From Catajapyx aquilonaris (Eukaryota): a stretch of DNA of 64,000 nucleotides. The DNA is taken from positions 1 to 64,000 of the forward strand of contig KZ538007.1 of NCBI GenBank assembly GCA_000934665.2, written 5' to 3'. The notes beneath the pieces were generated by a model. It was given only the letters and a program-made list of their open reading frames with translations, searched no databases and was not told the DNA's origin. The stretch's first letter is position 1; each line of letters opens with the position of its first letter. Position numbers and translations under genes: made by a program. Below, piece after piece: positions 49,401-62,863 of the stretch.

Positions 49401-50407
49401 TCAGTGCGTGGCATACGCACACGCACGTCGGACATATTTTGTCTCTCAGCTTTACTAATGCACTATGGTAATTGGAGGCTGCCCCATGTCCAGACAATGA
49501 AAGGGAAGGATTTCCAATTCATGCCATAGCTAATGAAACCTTCATTAACTGTGTGGTAACAACTGAGGCGTTCGGAGTTGAAGACCCGGGTATTAATGCG
49601 GGGTGTCGTACCCCATTATTTTTCATGTGTCTCCAAAGTGTAACGTGGGGGATTGCATATAATGGCAGTGTTGGATTGCAGGAGGGGTTATGCCTTTTAG
49701 TCACTGTGATTAGATGGTCTTCGGGCGAAATCCAGTTGAGGACATCAAGGGCGTAAAAATTTACGACTTCCTTTTTGACCATTTTAAGTTACTAATGACT
49801 CCAGGTTGTGTTTCATAGGGCCGTATCCTTCGGGCGAAACGAATTTGGCAAAAGGAAATATGGCCGTAGATGAGGTATTGAATTTCCATAGGCGGATTAT
49901 TGAAACTTGTACTTTGCAGTGGTGTGTAATATTAACGAAACAGTACCCTATACAGGATAGGCGCGATTTTTTAAAATGCCGTACATAAATATTGTACATC
50001 GTGTGTAATATTGTGAGAGGAATTACGTAACGTACTCTAGAATGTACATCGTTTGTAATATAGTGCCCTTATTTAATTTTTAATGGGGTTGTAACTGCTA
50101 TATCTGGATGCATATGAAAATTAAGCAAGCATGTGTTTTTAGAAGACATGGAATTTATGATTGCCCTTTGTGTCATTGTTGCATTTTTACTTACATAATT
50201 TTTGTGAGACTTTAAAAAGTGGAAATGCGATAGTGTATCCATATAATTTGTTAAGAACAAAAGAACCGCACTGAATGTACCATCTCGTAATTTAATTTCC
50301 CATCAGTAATATAGTTGAAGCAAAATTTCACTGTATTTAATATGCACAAACAATTCACAAGAGAAATACCAATAAACAGCATAATTTATGTTATGATGGT
50401 CATATGG

Positions 50408-51367
50408 CAGGTGAGTCGGGGCAAGTGCTACCCTGTTTTACATAGGTTGACTTTGGGTGAGGATTGTGCCGCTCAGGAAGCTGCAAAATGTTGAATGTAT
50501 AACCACGTGTAGAGTAACTAATTATCTTTTAGTGATCACAGCATCAATAGGGTATGGTTTTGCAATTGTCTGAAAATTAATTATTCCCGAAACTGTGTCA
50601 CGGATTTGGCACTTGCCCCGACGTGGGGTAAGAGCGACTACTGGCCTTATCTTTGCAGGAGAGCATCGGGTAAGGGAAATGAGGTACGTGGCGACTAGGA
50701 TAGCACTTGCTATAGAGTTCTTTTCCGAATCAAAATACCTTTTCCCATTGTCAATTATCAACTTTCAATGAAAATCTGCATAAGACTTGAGTATGCCCAG
50801 AGGAGAAAAAGTCCCCAAGTTACATAGTATATGAGTTGACCGGCATGTGAATAAAATAAGTTAGTATGTCTCAGAAGCACTTCTTCAGTAAACGGAATGC
50901 CGCACTCACACGTTTAGCACACATTTAAACATGAAAAATCCACTCCAAATAGTAATGCTCCACGTCTGGGGTCTTCCTAGGGCGCACTTGCCCCAGTGTC
51001 ACATTGTCATGGGCAACTGCGACCTAGGCAACTAAAGGTGACGTCATAATCTTATTCGTTAATTACACAACATCTATGAAAAGGCCATAGAAAATGCTTC
51101 GTAACTATGCAAAAATAGAACACCCAGCATGTTGAACTGCACCTACAGAAAATATCATCCGAAGTTCGTCGATCTTCTGAAGGTGAGATGTGAGGGTCGC
51201 GCGTTCTGCCTCCATCATAGCCACACAAAGCCAGTAACGCTGGAAAATATTTGTGCCCTACGTTGACCGAGGTCAGGACAATCATATGGGGCTGTCGCGA
51301 AAAGTGGCAGGATTTTTTTTCCGAAGTCGCACTTACCCCGATTCGGCACTTGACCCGACTTATATTG
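50408..51367. mobile_element. Old non-autonomous DNA transposon (Tc1/pogo-like), about 960 bp
   Basis: Degenerate TIRs CAGGTGAGTCGGGGCAAGTGC and GCACTTGACCCGACTTATATTG. GCACTTRCCCC recurs at 50609, 50984 and 51329. No clean TSD. Confidence 0.55.
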
Positions 51368-51607
51368 ATAGTGATTTTTAACGCAGCGGGCTGGTTCACT
51401 TTTGAGGTGTAGTTAATACTATCCCAGGGGATGACTCTAAAATGCTACTGCCGTTTTCCCACATCAAACTCGCCACTAACTAATTTAACTGTCTTCTTTT
51501 TTCATACGTATTATTGTTGAAAGCTCCGTTTGATACATAAATAATATACCATAATTATAATGCCCAGAGGTCCAGTATGTAAAAGATTCATGACAGCTGT
51601 TGGTCAA

Positions 51608-51932
51608 CAACAACATCACGACATATCCCTATACATAAGGGGTAGTCAGCGATGAATGGAGACGCAAGATAACTCCACATATGAACTAAATTAAAACTTG
51701 TCAAAATAAAAATATAAACTACTCATCCCACCTCCTACCTGTGTACCTCCCTCCTCCTCTATTACTCACCCCCATTTATAATCAACCTACGCCATTTACA
51801 CCTGTCTAAACAAACAACCTTAGCCTCAGCCGTGTCCATGGTCCTATTGACACATGAACGTCTAGGCTTAACACTATACGCTATACTAGCAACGCCCTTA
51901 TGACACTGACCCACCTCGTCCAACCTTCCTAG
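51608..51932 (-). mobile_element. 5'-truncated RTE-clade LINE (ORF C-terminus, 3'UTR, (GTT)n tail)
   Basis: Minus-strand peptide ...RLDEV...RRSCVNRTMDTAEAKVVCLDRCKWRRLI resembles RTE ORF C-termini. The tail reads as AAC repeats on +. TSD GCTGTTGGTCAA (51596-51607) and GCTATTGGTCAA (51933-51944). Confidence 0.8.
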
Positions 51933-54774
51933 GCTATTGGTCAAGCAGAGGTATAATGTGTAAAAACTGAATAATTTACATTTTTAAAGTTGAGTTTTTG
52001 TTATTTAAGTAGTTTTTTTCAAGGAACTATTGTGCGTAAATTACTGATTGGAATCATTAAAGAGAGGGGCGGAATTTAAAAAGCTGATAGTACTTGGCGA
52101 GACAGCCAGTTTCGGGCTTACCCACTGACACTGCACTCACAAAAGCAGTGGTAAGCATGTGGCACACCTTCTATCACTATGAGGTCTGCAGAATCTATTG
52201 AAACCGGAGATACAAAGGTTCGGATATTTTTGAAGTTCATACTATACGTTTATGAGTCAAAGTTCACCGACTAAACTGTATCAAACCAACTACTGTACTA
52301 CTGTTCCAAGAGTTATTAGCTCTTGCTGTTACTGATAATGATGATATGGAAGCCTGAACAACTACGTGGTAAATAATAATTTAAAAATTACGTGTGGGAG
52401 GAGAATTCACTGGACATAATTATGATGATGTGCAGGTAGTTGCTCATAAAACATACAGAGACATGAATAAGGATAAGACAGTAACGTACGCAGAGCGTAT
52501 GATACGGACTTCTCTACAATACGTAATATTTTCCCATACTTTTCTAGCTACGTGTCTTAATGTTCTCATAATACCTCTAACTAATAATACTTCGCACTGC
52601 AAAATTATTCTCTAAATCCAGCAGTTGCTGCAGTTAACCAATGTAACGAAGCCACTAGCGAATGAAACCCCTGGAAGGAATCCGATTTTTCCCCCCCTTC
52701 TTCCTCCTTCTCTTCCTACATTGTGTTGTAAAGTGTAGGAAACATGTTGCGTGTCAGGCACATAGAAGAAGCTCCCTATTCAGCAAGAGCGGCTAAAAAG
52801 TATGGAAGAGCTTGAGAGAAATCCCGTCAATAATTCAGGCAGTAAAAAAGGGCCGGCTCCACAAGGGTTTTCCATTCAGTGGACACCTAGTGTAGAAATG
52901 GAAGCGTGGGAGAAAAGGAAATGGGAGGAAGTATCTCTCTTGTATACGAGAGCTACTTCGAAGATCATGATGACTTGTTCGCTTTTGGTCTCTGTCTGAC
53001 AACATGGAGGATGAGCAGGTCGCCACTTTCAGCCAACTCTGAGCAGGATTAGCTGGGATTAACAGGGTACGTGTCGCAAGAAAGCGAAAAAGTTGGCAAG
53101 TTGGATTGAAAGGTAATTGGAGGTGATTGTGGGCTGAAATTGGATGACGCCTAGAGCCGTCAGCAAAAAAAAAAATGGGCGCGTTTCAGTCGCAGTTAGT
53201 CTAGGAAGCAAAAGGCCAGAGGTCCTAACACACGAACCGACAAGCCCTACTTTCTACCTTGATACATATCCTAAAAGCACTCGTGAATAATTGTCACGTC
53301 TTGAAAATTTCAAGCCTCAGCCCCGAGGACCAGCCCGTTATCATCATCATCATTTGAAACTTTCGCGTGCACAGGATCTCTCCATACAGGTAATTGTCTT
53401 TCAAGAAGCGGGGGACCGGGTCCTTGAACCTCGCTCTCCCGGTTAAATCCAGAAGGCAGATTAGGAACAGGTGACTAATGGCCTTAGTGGGACGCCACCT
53501 TAATCCTGGATGCACACCAAAGTGCAAGCGGAAAGCCAGGGTGAAAGCTCCTGCTTCTCTTTCGTCCCTCTGGAATTGGCCCTCGACCTCCAAATTGTTG
53601 TCGGTTCCGTCAAACGTTTCAATTTTGCACTTTCCTTCTCGAAATCGTGCAAATTGGCAACACGGCAGTCTCCCGGGCCAATCAGCTCCATTCACCTCCC
53701 CAGGCGATTGGCCCCCCGCACCTGCGCGCGGTGTTGCACTTTGCCCAACTCCAGCTTTCAGCTCTAATTTGATTTTCCCCTTGCGGACGACACGATTCAA
53801 AGTGTCGCATGCTCGCCACAAGGTGGGTGCCACACTGCGATTGCACTCTTCGATATTATCAACTTTACCTCCCATTCCCCAGGTTACTTTTAATTAACTG
53901 GATGCGGAAAAGCAGCCTAGTTCCAAATCTATTCGTTCATTTTCTGCGAGTTAGGTTGCCATAAACCGAGTTTTGCAGTGCTTATCCCCGAGCAAAATAC
54001 CTGATTCAAGCAAATCAGTCTTCCGAAATAGAATTCTGATGATGCCAAATTTTTGAGTGATGGTCACCTGCGAAGAAGCAGTCCTTCGTATTTAGAAAAA
54101 GCTCTCTGAATTAAGCCGGTCTGTAATTCATCCCTATTTATGGTTATTGGTTTGAAACGCATACCTAATTGGAATGTAGCCTTTGATTAATTAATTCCGG
54201 GATCCAATATCAAACCAGTCTGGTTCCGATACCGCACCACAGGGCATTTTTCGATTCCCAACGGCGCACAGTTTTCGCCAAAAGGGACGGGATGTGGGAT
54301 GTTGGGGGATGGGAGGTAGGGATGGACGGGGGAGAAATTTAGGAATCAGTTTTGCAACCGGCCATACCTATGGCAGAGGAAAGCATGCTAAAAATTTCGA
54401 ATTTGTGTAAATGATATGCCGTGACAAATTAGCAAAGTGATTTAAGCAATATCAAGTGGACTTTTATGGTGTGGATCCAAATGGGGCTGGGCTTTTTGAA
54501 CACATGGCGGTGTGTGTTCACAGGGTGTTACAGCATGTAAATGTTTTGCATTTTTGATGCCGGCACACTGTGCTGCAACTAATAATGTTAGCGTCGTAAT
54601 ACAAAGTGCCCTGTAGCACTATTTTTCCACCCAGTATACGGGACATTGACTCCTCGTGACCAAACTGTTGTAAGTGCATTGGGTAACACTAGTGTCGACT
54701 AATTTTTTACTGAAAATATGACAAACAGAATATTATGAATAGTGAAGTCACAAGGGAACGTACCCTAAATCATG

Positions 54775-54847
54775 AAACTAAATTCATGTGTAAACAATGC
54801 ACTTCTTATGGGGATAAGAAGTGCATTGTTTACACATGAATTAGTTT
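54775..54847. repeat. Perfect 29-bp inverted repeat with GGGG loop
   Basis: 54781-54809 is the exact reverse complement of 54814-54842, and pairing extends a few more bases past a 1-nt bulge. Confidence 0.95.
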
Positions 54848-56469
54848 AATGTTACTGTGCACTGCAATGAATGTTCCATCACAGAATACTTGTAATAATT
54901 ATTTCTCAGTGTGTTTCGATTTCAAAACTTCACACTTGAACCTAGTGGTCGGCCCATACTATGCCAAAAATATGATATCTCCATTCATGTAACCTTGTTT
55001 CCCGAGATGGCGATACGTTGTGACCTCGACATGATAAACCCAAGCTATGTGCACCCATTTGATGTCCGTAATAAAAATCCTCACGACGAAATAAAACATG
55101 GTACAGGGCACCTGCAGTAATGGCACGCGAGTTACTATTTCATTTCGTCAGTGTCATTTAACCTCGTTATTGTGCACCGTGATGCTAGGGGATTTCATGA
55201 GTCGGGCTCATGCATTTCTGGGGCGATGTTCCGAGTGCTATTCTGCTCCCATGACTTTTTCATTAGGCGGAATAAGATAGTACACAAAGACCTTTTGGTT
55301 TTGCTCCTTGGCGATTTTGTATGGCCCTAGCCTGGTTGCCTCTTGTTGACATGGTGCTGAGGTTGCCTCCGCAGCAAAGGCTCATTTAAGACCGGCACAA
55401 AAGCTAGGGACGATGGTACATTCACTCACAGTACCAGTTTTATTCACCCACTCGCAAAATGTGGCTGCTGCCTGCTTGCCTGCCTCAATGGATGGTTGTG
55501 GGCACAAAAGGGCATTTTTTGCACCATTTTTCATTTTTTGGGCTGTGACTGGATGTGATGGACAGTTTTTGACGGAAACTCGTCCCTTTGTCACTTGCCT
55601 GTATGTAGTAAGGTAGACAATAACGGATTTTGCACACTGGCGCAGTTATAATTTATTCCATAAGTTCAAATGACGTGATGTGACCTTCATCAGTAACTGC
55701 TGTCATTTCGTGTACTTTTTTATTAGCAAGAATCTCTAATAATTGCGCAAACTTATAATTTTAGCCAAATGCTATTGAAATATAGTCTCATTACATGATT
55801 GAAATTTAATGATATGTCTCATAAATTAGGTTTTGTAAATACTGTATCTGCATTAGGGCTTATGAACGTAATGCACCTCTAATTAAAATGAATATATTCA
55901 TGTATGTATTAATAATAGGGTACATTTTTATTGAACGTGGTAATATAATGCATAATGTACCATTCATAATGACAATATTATGGGTATAGTCCGGAATTGA
56001 AATGGGACAGTTCAGCGGCAGGTCCTGGAATGAGGCAATCAAAAATGTAGTGTGACGAAAAAATATCGCCTGGAATTTTTCATAAAATAGATATTGCGAA
56101 TAGTATACATTTTTGTATATTTACATTTAATATTCTTATTGACTTCACCGCGACGTGCAGGTGAGCATATCCAATTTAATTCTGGACCACCATGTACTGT
56201 ATATTGCAACCATTGTAGCGTAATACAGTACACCTTGATGCAAATAGTTTAAAATGAACGGCTATAAATGAGGGGAATAATAATTGCAGGATTATATTGT
56301 TAACCGCCGGATTGCAACAGTTAATGTACGATATCAGCGTATTGATTACCTTACGCTAATAAATTTCATTAAACAGTCGGAGGAGAGCTGTTAATGTGGC
56401 ATTTCTAGCAACCGTGCGAGACTAATCCCATGTTAGTAATCTAACGCAAATTATGACTAGAAAGTACAA

Positions 56470-56561
56470 GAACCTAAACACAATCTTCTTCTTTCAGGTA
56501 AGATGCGTATCATCGCATTCACACTCTAACCAACATTACATTTGATCCTGACAAGGTAAGT
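56470..56561 (+). promoter_or_regulatory. Candidate recursive splice site (ratchet point) plus 58-nt cryptic exon
   Basis: TCTTCTTCTTTCAG|GTAAGA at 56497/56498, with no AG in the preceding ~25 nt. Downstream donor AAG|GTAAGT at 56555/56556. Same strand as the AP-2 exon. Confidence 0.65.
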
Positions 56562-58833
56562 AATAATAAATCATGCAACATGGCCGTATCAAATATGAGT
56601 GTCATGCATTGTGGTTGTTGCACCTGCAGGAACAATATTGACGGGGAATTATTTTTGCTGATACGTTGTTATTTGCGGGCTGATAATTAATGATATGATA
56701 TTATTTTTCCTGCGAGGGAATTAAAATGACAATTATTGGACAGGATGTTTAATTTGGTTGTTCCCACAACCGGATAAAATAAACATCAACTCTGCGAGAT
56801 CCCCACAATGCAGTATTACAATAATTATAATTTAATCCGTAATGGTCTTGTTTTTGTGAGGCGAGGGTTGGTACTAGTGGTGAGCACTGTTGTTTTGATG
56901 CAGTGTATGAATGGCTGATTCAGAAGGGTCAAATTAGTATTCAAAAAGACCGAGAAATTATTCCTGCGAAGGGCCATTAAAAAGTCGTCTTGAAAAAACT
57001 GCAAGTAAATAAGCGCTCCTTGAGGTAAATAATATGGGCATGTTAACTAGAAAGGACTGTATATGTTGACACGGAAAATACTGCATTTTATTTTGAACGC
57101 TACGATTGGCACATTGAAAATATTTCAACCATCTTATTTGTAAACATGTCAGAGTCAGTATAGCGTAGAAAGGGCGAAAATTATTATGTCGATTTAGACA
57201 AAAGTGGTTAATTACGTTGGAAGCAATCGAAAACAAAGTGCAATATAGAATTTTAAATGCTTTATGATAGGTTCATCCAATTTGCGAGGGAAAAAGTTGT
57301 TTTTTACTACTTGTCACATATGGTTCAGGATGTATAGTACAGTACAACCAACATGTAGTGGCGGCTGGTATTTCCATGCATCATGTCGAACCTGCCTATA
57401 TCCGCTTACATGTGAGATGGGCATGTGGAGGCTAGCTGCCTTTATTACTAACCGTACTATCCCCCACCCTCTCAAAGCCCAATCTGACTTTCCTACCTCC
57501 CATAAATGGACAGGTAGGCCTACTATGCGATAAGCACACAAGTCTCCACTACGTGGTGGTCTTACAGGCACTGTACCCTTCCCTCAAACTTCTCAGAATC
57601 TAGTGAATGGCACGGAGAGTTAGGAATACTACTACAGTTCCTATCATCTTCAAATCAACGTTGGCCTACAGTAAGTTTCCTTTGTTCGCAGTAGAGTAAC
57701 TTATTGTATTTGACTCTCATGAAGCACACTGTATTTCACGCATAGCAAGTGATTATTCTAGATGCAGTCTGGATGAAGTCTAGGACTCGCTTTCCAATTT
57801 CCTTTCAAGGGCTATGTATAGATTTATCTAGATTGTCTCGTACTTTCCTTATGGCAACTAATAGTTGACAAAGTACTGTAGTAATATTAACAGATTCCGA
57901 TTTTACGCTCTGGGATTCCTGATAAAAAATCATATCGTGTGTAACTAAATTTGAGGAACAGTTCTATGAATCCAATGTGACTCTAATCGTTCTGCGTTTC
58001 ACGTTTTTTATTTATTTATTTTTATTTCCCATGCCGTAGCAAGCTTGCTACTTTTAGTTCAATATGAGTTAAAGTAGCAGTAGTGACAATGCCTTGCAAC
58101 GTAATATTACAGGCCTGTTTAAAGCATTTCACGCGGGGGAGATTGCGCTTCACATTCTGCAAAGAAATACTAGTCTCACATTCTAAACATTGAGCCAATT
58201 TTGGCGAATGCTTCGCGATATTTTGGCATTCTGGTTATGTTTATTAGTGTATGGGTGTGGCCTGGCAGGAGCCCTGTGGTACTCCAGCAGCGGTCCATAT
58301 GAAGTGTTTTGTTTGCTTGTTTTTGTACCATAATTTTGCAGGAAACATTTTAGCGGAAAAATTTGCCGGGAATTCTCCACTATGTACACAGGGAACTGTA
58401 CACCGACAAGTACTTCACTTTATAACGCAGATCCATACCATTTTCTCACATTATTATTTGTTGCTAATGAACAGTAGTTGATTATATGATGTGGGTAAAG
58501 CGACATACCCTCTACACTGATGCAATACAGTCACGTTTGAACAAACTAAAGTTAAGTCATTTGGACCTCTGACCCGGATGGTCTGGCTCTATCTTGTCTC
58601 GGGACTGTACGCACAGGATTCAGATTATGTTAAAGAGTTTGACAGAATGTTTAGCTAACAGACAGAAGCATATACTTGTATTCAACAGTAATTACAAAAT
58701 GATAAAATTTCTAGTTTTTGATATTGATTATGTGGGGAGGACGGCGATTGGAGGGTTATATATGACATGAACTAATTATTTGTAGTTGAGTGTCCCGGCA
58801 GTAGGTGAATTTATGTGCCATAATTTCTATGGG

Positions 58834-58930
58834 GTTTGTTTCACAGTAGTGTCGACTGGAGGCGTCATCAAGTGAAAATGAAAAATGGGCTTGATGACGC
58901 CTCCAGTCGACACTAACATGTGAAACAAAC
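58834..58930. repeat. 97-nt hairpin (26-bp perfect stem plus 12-bp basal stem)
   Basis: 58847-58872 pairs perfectly with 58890-58915 (17-nt loop). GTTTGTTTCACA (58834-58845) pairs with TGTGAAACAAAC (58919-58930). Confidence 0.93.
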
Positions 58931-61900
58931 AAGGATGATGGGAAAGTTGTTTGACAAATACTAAATATACGAGTATGCCACACGTCGGAGTTATTATTTT
59001 AGCCTACTCCTCTTGGCTTGTTCCTGGCCCTCTAATTCTGGGTAATTGTAACATAATGCACTAAACACACTATTGTAATGGGCAGTATAAGACTGTGCCT
59101 CCTTTTGTAGTACTGCCTTTAAATAGCATGTGCATTTCTCCCCATCACTCATAACTTAGGGGTGAGCAACAGGCAAACATGCTCCACAGAAATTGTGAAG
59201 ATAACTAAGTACAAAATACTTCATTGCTCTGTGAGGAATGTAGCATGCAATGTGTGTTGAAAGTTGAAAAAATGTCTGTTAGTTATCAAAATTTTGGCCC
59301 TAAAAGCTGTTACTTTCAGGTACTTATGATTTTTTTAACTTTTAGTTTTATTTATTGCTACAAAATATTGTTTTCATTAAAATATTTTTGATGCCAAATT
59401 GGGACAGATAATGAGGACAATTAGCATGTATAGTAAGTGGAGACACCTATAGATGTAATCTCTCATCTAACCTCTCGTCTCTTTCACGTCAAAATCCATG
59501 AAGCGGTCAATGCGACCAGTGTATTAATGTGAGCTAAATTATTAATCAAATGTTATGCACAAGGTGGAGAGTACTTGGGAGAGCCCTTTCTATTGTTCGT
59601 AGGTGTTGCTAAAATGATAATTACGGTACGCAAAGTTAGAAGTTATAACACAAAAGTGTGTAGGTGACTCCAATTGTAAAGGGAGAGAAGATGGGCGTAA
59701 TCTACAATAGTTTGACATATTTTACAGTATTCAGAATCAAAATTTTACTGCGGATATAAAAGCGAGATATCATTTTTATGCAGAAGGTTTACACATATTA
59801 CGACATTCTTCGCATCCAGATTCATAAATTCAGGCAAGAGGCAGCATTGTGCCAATTTTATACCATCGGGAAGTGTTGGTAAAAATGTAGACTATCACTC
59901 ACTTTTTGTCGAAATTGAGGTAAGCATTGTGTAATAATATGATTTTTGACACGTACTTTCTGATGATAAAGTGAGTCTGATATAAAAATTAAAATCGCCT
60001 ACAGAATGTTGATTTAAAATGGGTATATACTGTACTCCCGGATAAAATTAACCGGCTGTTTGCTGCACTAAACAGCGAAGCTTCTCTGTCAATGTACCGA
60101 TTTTTTTGGATTACAGAAACATTTGGACCTATGCGAATTAAATTAAATTTTAATAATTTTTTCCTTAAGGTATTGATGGATCTGGGTGAACAATTCTGAC
60201 CCCTTTTTGCTGTAGTCATTGTTACTATTGACCCTACTTTGTGAATGTATTCCCAGTTGTGAAATTACCACTTCTATAGTAAATAATTACACAGTTTATC
60301 ACTAAATCACACTATGATTGTAGTCCATTTTATATCATAATGCTATACAGAGTTTGTCTCTTTAGTTTAAAAGAGAGGAAGAATTAAATGAAATATTAAA
60401 GTCTCCTGAAACATCCCTCTCTCCTCCATCAGCAGCCAACCGCCAGCGACACCAGAACTGATGAGGTTACACATTCAGGATTTTGTGGCTCTCTGACAGT
60501 GTTACAAATGTGTGCTTACTGTACACGCAGGACTGTTGCAAATATTGTGTGGTCCTGTGTGCGTTTTAACGGTAAAAATGTACTGTACGTTTAAGCTGGC
60601 AGTACTGTTGAGGATCGTAGAATGATATTGCGCTGCGCTCGGGATTTGAGGATTATGAGTGTCCAATAACTGGCTCTATTGAAATCACGGCACGGTGGGT
60701 GAAATACCGCTGTCCCGGAAATGTCGGGCATGTAGGGCTAGTTTCATATTTTGCTGACAAAATATTGACAGTCATTCAGGCATTTTTAAATCCCATCCAA
60801 AGCAGCATCAGTCATTAATTGAGCAATGGAAGAGGCAAGAGGCAAAATATTCTTCCGAAATTGTGAGATTTTACACGGGCCAAGTACAACCCTTTTTTTC
60901 AGCACTGTTACTATTGTAATACATAAATTTAATAAGTGAATTAATTTGGCCCTTTTTTTCGTCTCGATTGAAAAGTGTGCTAATAATTAGATTGGAAGAT
61001 CTATTTGCAACACACCTTGACTCTAGTTGCATACTACTTCAACCTCTTCAATGGAACACTATAACCACAGGCTTACTAAAGTATACCCTTGTAGATGCAT
61101 CTATACATATGGTATACCAAAACATGTATAGGGAAAAAGCGCACTTGACACATGATGTGTCCAACCTTTGTGGTTCCATAGGATAATGCAGGGGGTTACA
61201 GATCAGAAGCCAGACTATAGCATCGTCACCCAACTACAAGTACCAATCAGAAGGGTGCACGAGGGATTACGCCTACAACACACACCAATAGGTGTGTCGT
61301 GACAGTAAGAACACTCTGCTTTATTGTGATCCGGATATGTTTGAGCTTTCCCTTCTGTACGAAAAAGCCACAACATCCGCTTAAAAACCTGCGAACCCAC
61401 TAATCTGAACTAATTCCGCTTGTGGAAAATTAAGCCTCGTTTTATGCCTTTTTTTTCTCTCTCTCTCCCTCCAAAAGCTCCGGTTTCCTGGGCCAATGCT
61501 CAATTCACTAAACGAAATTTCAAGTTATTATTACGATTAGCCCTAGTTAAAAACAAGCATAGAAAAAGGGAGGGGTTTCTCCTTCATGATTATAATCGGC
61601 GTGAAGTGAACCCAGAAGCACGCCATTTCCAGCAGGCGTTGGTGCTAGAAAATGCTATAGTTGCTATGCAGTTGTTTTTGTTTTCATTTTTTTTGTGAGC
61701 GTGTGTGTGTTCGTCCGTTGAGGACTAGTTAACGCGAAAGCCCGTTAGAGCTGAGTACGAGTGGTATGACGACTGTTTTATAAGCTGTAGAATATAGTGG
61801 GAGATCAGAGGTTTTAGTGCGCTCATTTTTGGCTCATTTGCCTTTTTTCAGGTTTTTGTCTCGGTTGTTTCACTCCGCTTCGGAAGCTATTCAAGTAGTC

Positions 61901-62089
61901 ACAATGTTGTTGGTTTTTTCCGTGTGAGACGCTTTTTTATAGAAATCCTGTACTCTGACTAGTAGGCCTATGTCAAAAAATATATACGGTAACTGCAGGG
62001 TTGTGAGATCAATTTGTAAATACTTTTGGACAATATTATTTACTTTCTTCTGCTATACGTATTGATTATGGGCTAGTATTTCCCTTCCT

Positions 62090-62300
62090 ACAATGTATCT
62101 CTTTGCGACCTAGACAACCTTAATTCCGATAAGTTCGGTTGGTCAGTTCCTAGCCTGCTCTTTGTTTAGCTGAAAGGACTAACTGCTATCTTAGGTTAGG
62201 AAGCAGGTGGTTTTTTCGGTTTCAGTCGCGGGCGTCTGCGGATTTGAACCCGGATCCCCGGATTCGCAGTCTAGCATGTGAGCCTTCCCTGAGTCGCTCT
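62090..62300 (-). mobile_element. Probable tRNA-derived SINE of a second family
   Basis: Minus strand reads GCTAGACTGCGAATCCGGGGATCCGGGTTCAAATCCG, an anticodon-arm-like segment plus B-box (62240-62250). No acceptor stem; ends are approximate. Confidence 0.55.
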
Positions 62301-62773
62301 TGAAGACATGGTACAAGCTCGTTCAGAAAAATCGTTGCAGTAAGCTTAGATTGTCGTTATTATAAGACCAGTAAACAATGTCTGAAAGCGTAACTGTTTG
62401 CAATTAAAGCCCAAATTAATGCTTCTATTCAACCTAATATACGCTAATGTTTCGGCAAGCCACTAAAAGCAACTTAGTATAGAAAACTCACTAACTGAAA
62501 CAGACACCTCAATTGAAACACACTCTGTTCTGCTCAACTGCCGACTGCCTTCTCACTAAAAGAAGCACGTGCTATATAACTGATTTTTATACGCACTCAA
62601 AAGTGCAAAAGCCCGTTCCTCAAATGGAGTGGACAAGTTTGTAACCTGCTTTTAAAATACACCAGATGGAGCCCGTAATGAATCCAGTGACATACAATTT
62701 GAACACTAAATGTTGACTTCTAACACTGAGACCGTATTTGAAATTCAAATAGAAGATGGCAGTCCCCCCCCCC

Positions 62774-62863
62774 NNNNNNNNNNNNNNNNNNNNNNNNNNN
62801 NNNNNNNNNNNNNNNNNNNNNNNNNNNNNNNNNNNNNNNNNNNNNNNNNNNNNNNNNNNNNNN
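62774..62863. other. Assembly gap (90 N) between poly-C runs
   Basis: Run of N flanked by C homopolymers. Single Ns also sit in G/C runs at 24420, 35861 and 41199. Confidence 0.99.

Noticed and set aside
49719..49839. Hammerhead/Penelope-like motif suggested by duplicated CTTCGGGCGAAA
   Set aside because: No CTGATGA core is positioned to form stem II; only a 12-bp direct repeat.
53294..53897. Overlapping 193-aa and 139-aa ORFs
   Set aside because: GC-rich non-coding block open on both strands, with no protein-family resemblance.
61830..61940. Exon after strong acceptor TTTGCCTTTTTTCAG
   Set aside because: The phase-0 translation has no AP-2 similarity, hits a stop, and no convincing donor follows.
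62235..62300. Functional tRNA gene (also the tRNA-like heads at about 9806, 46175 and 3946)
   Set aside because: B-box-like motifs are present, but no complete cloverleaf or acceptor stem. Better explained as SINE heads.
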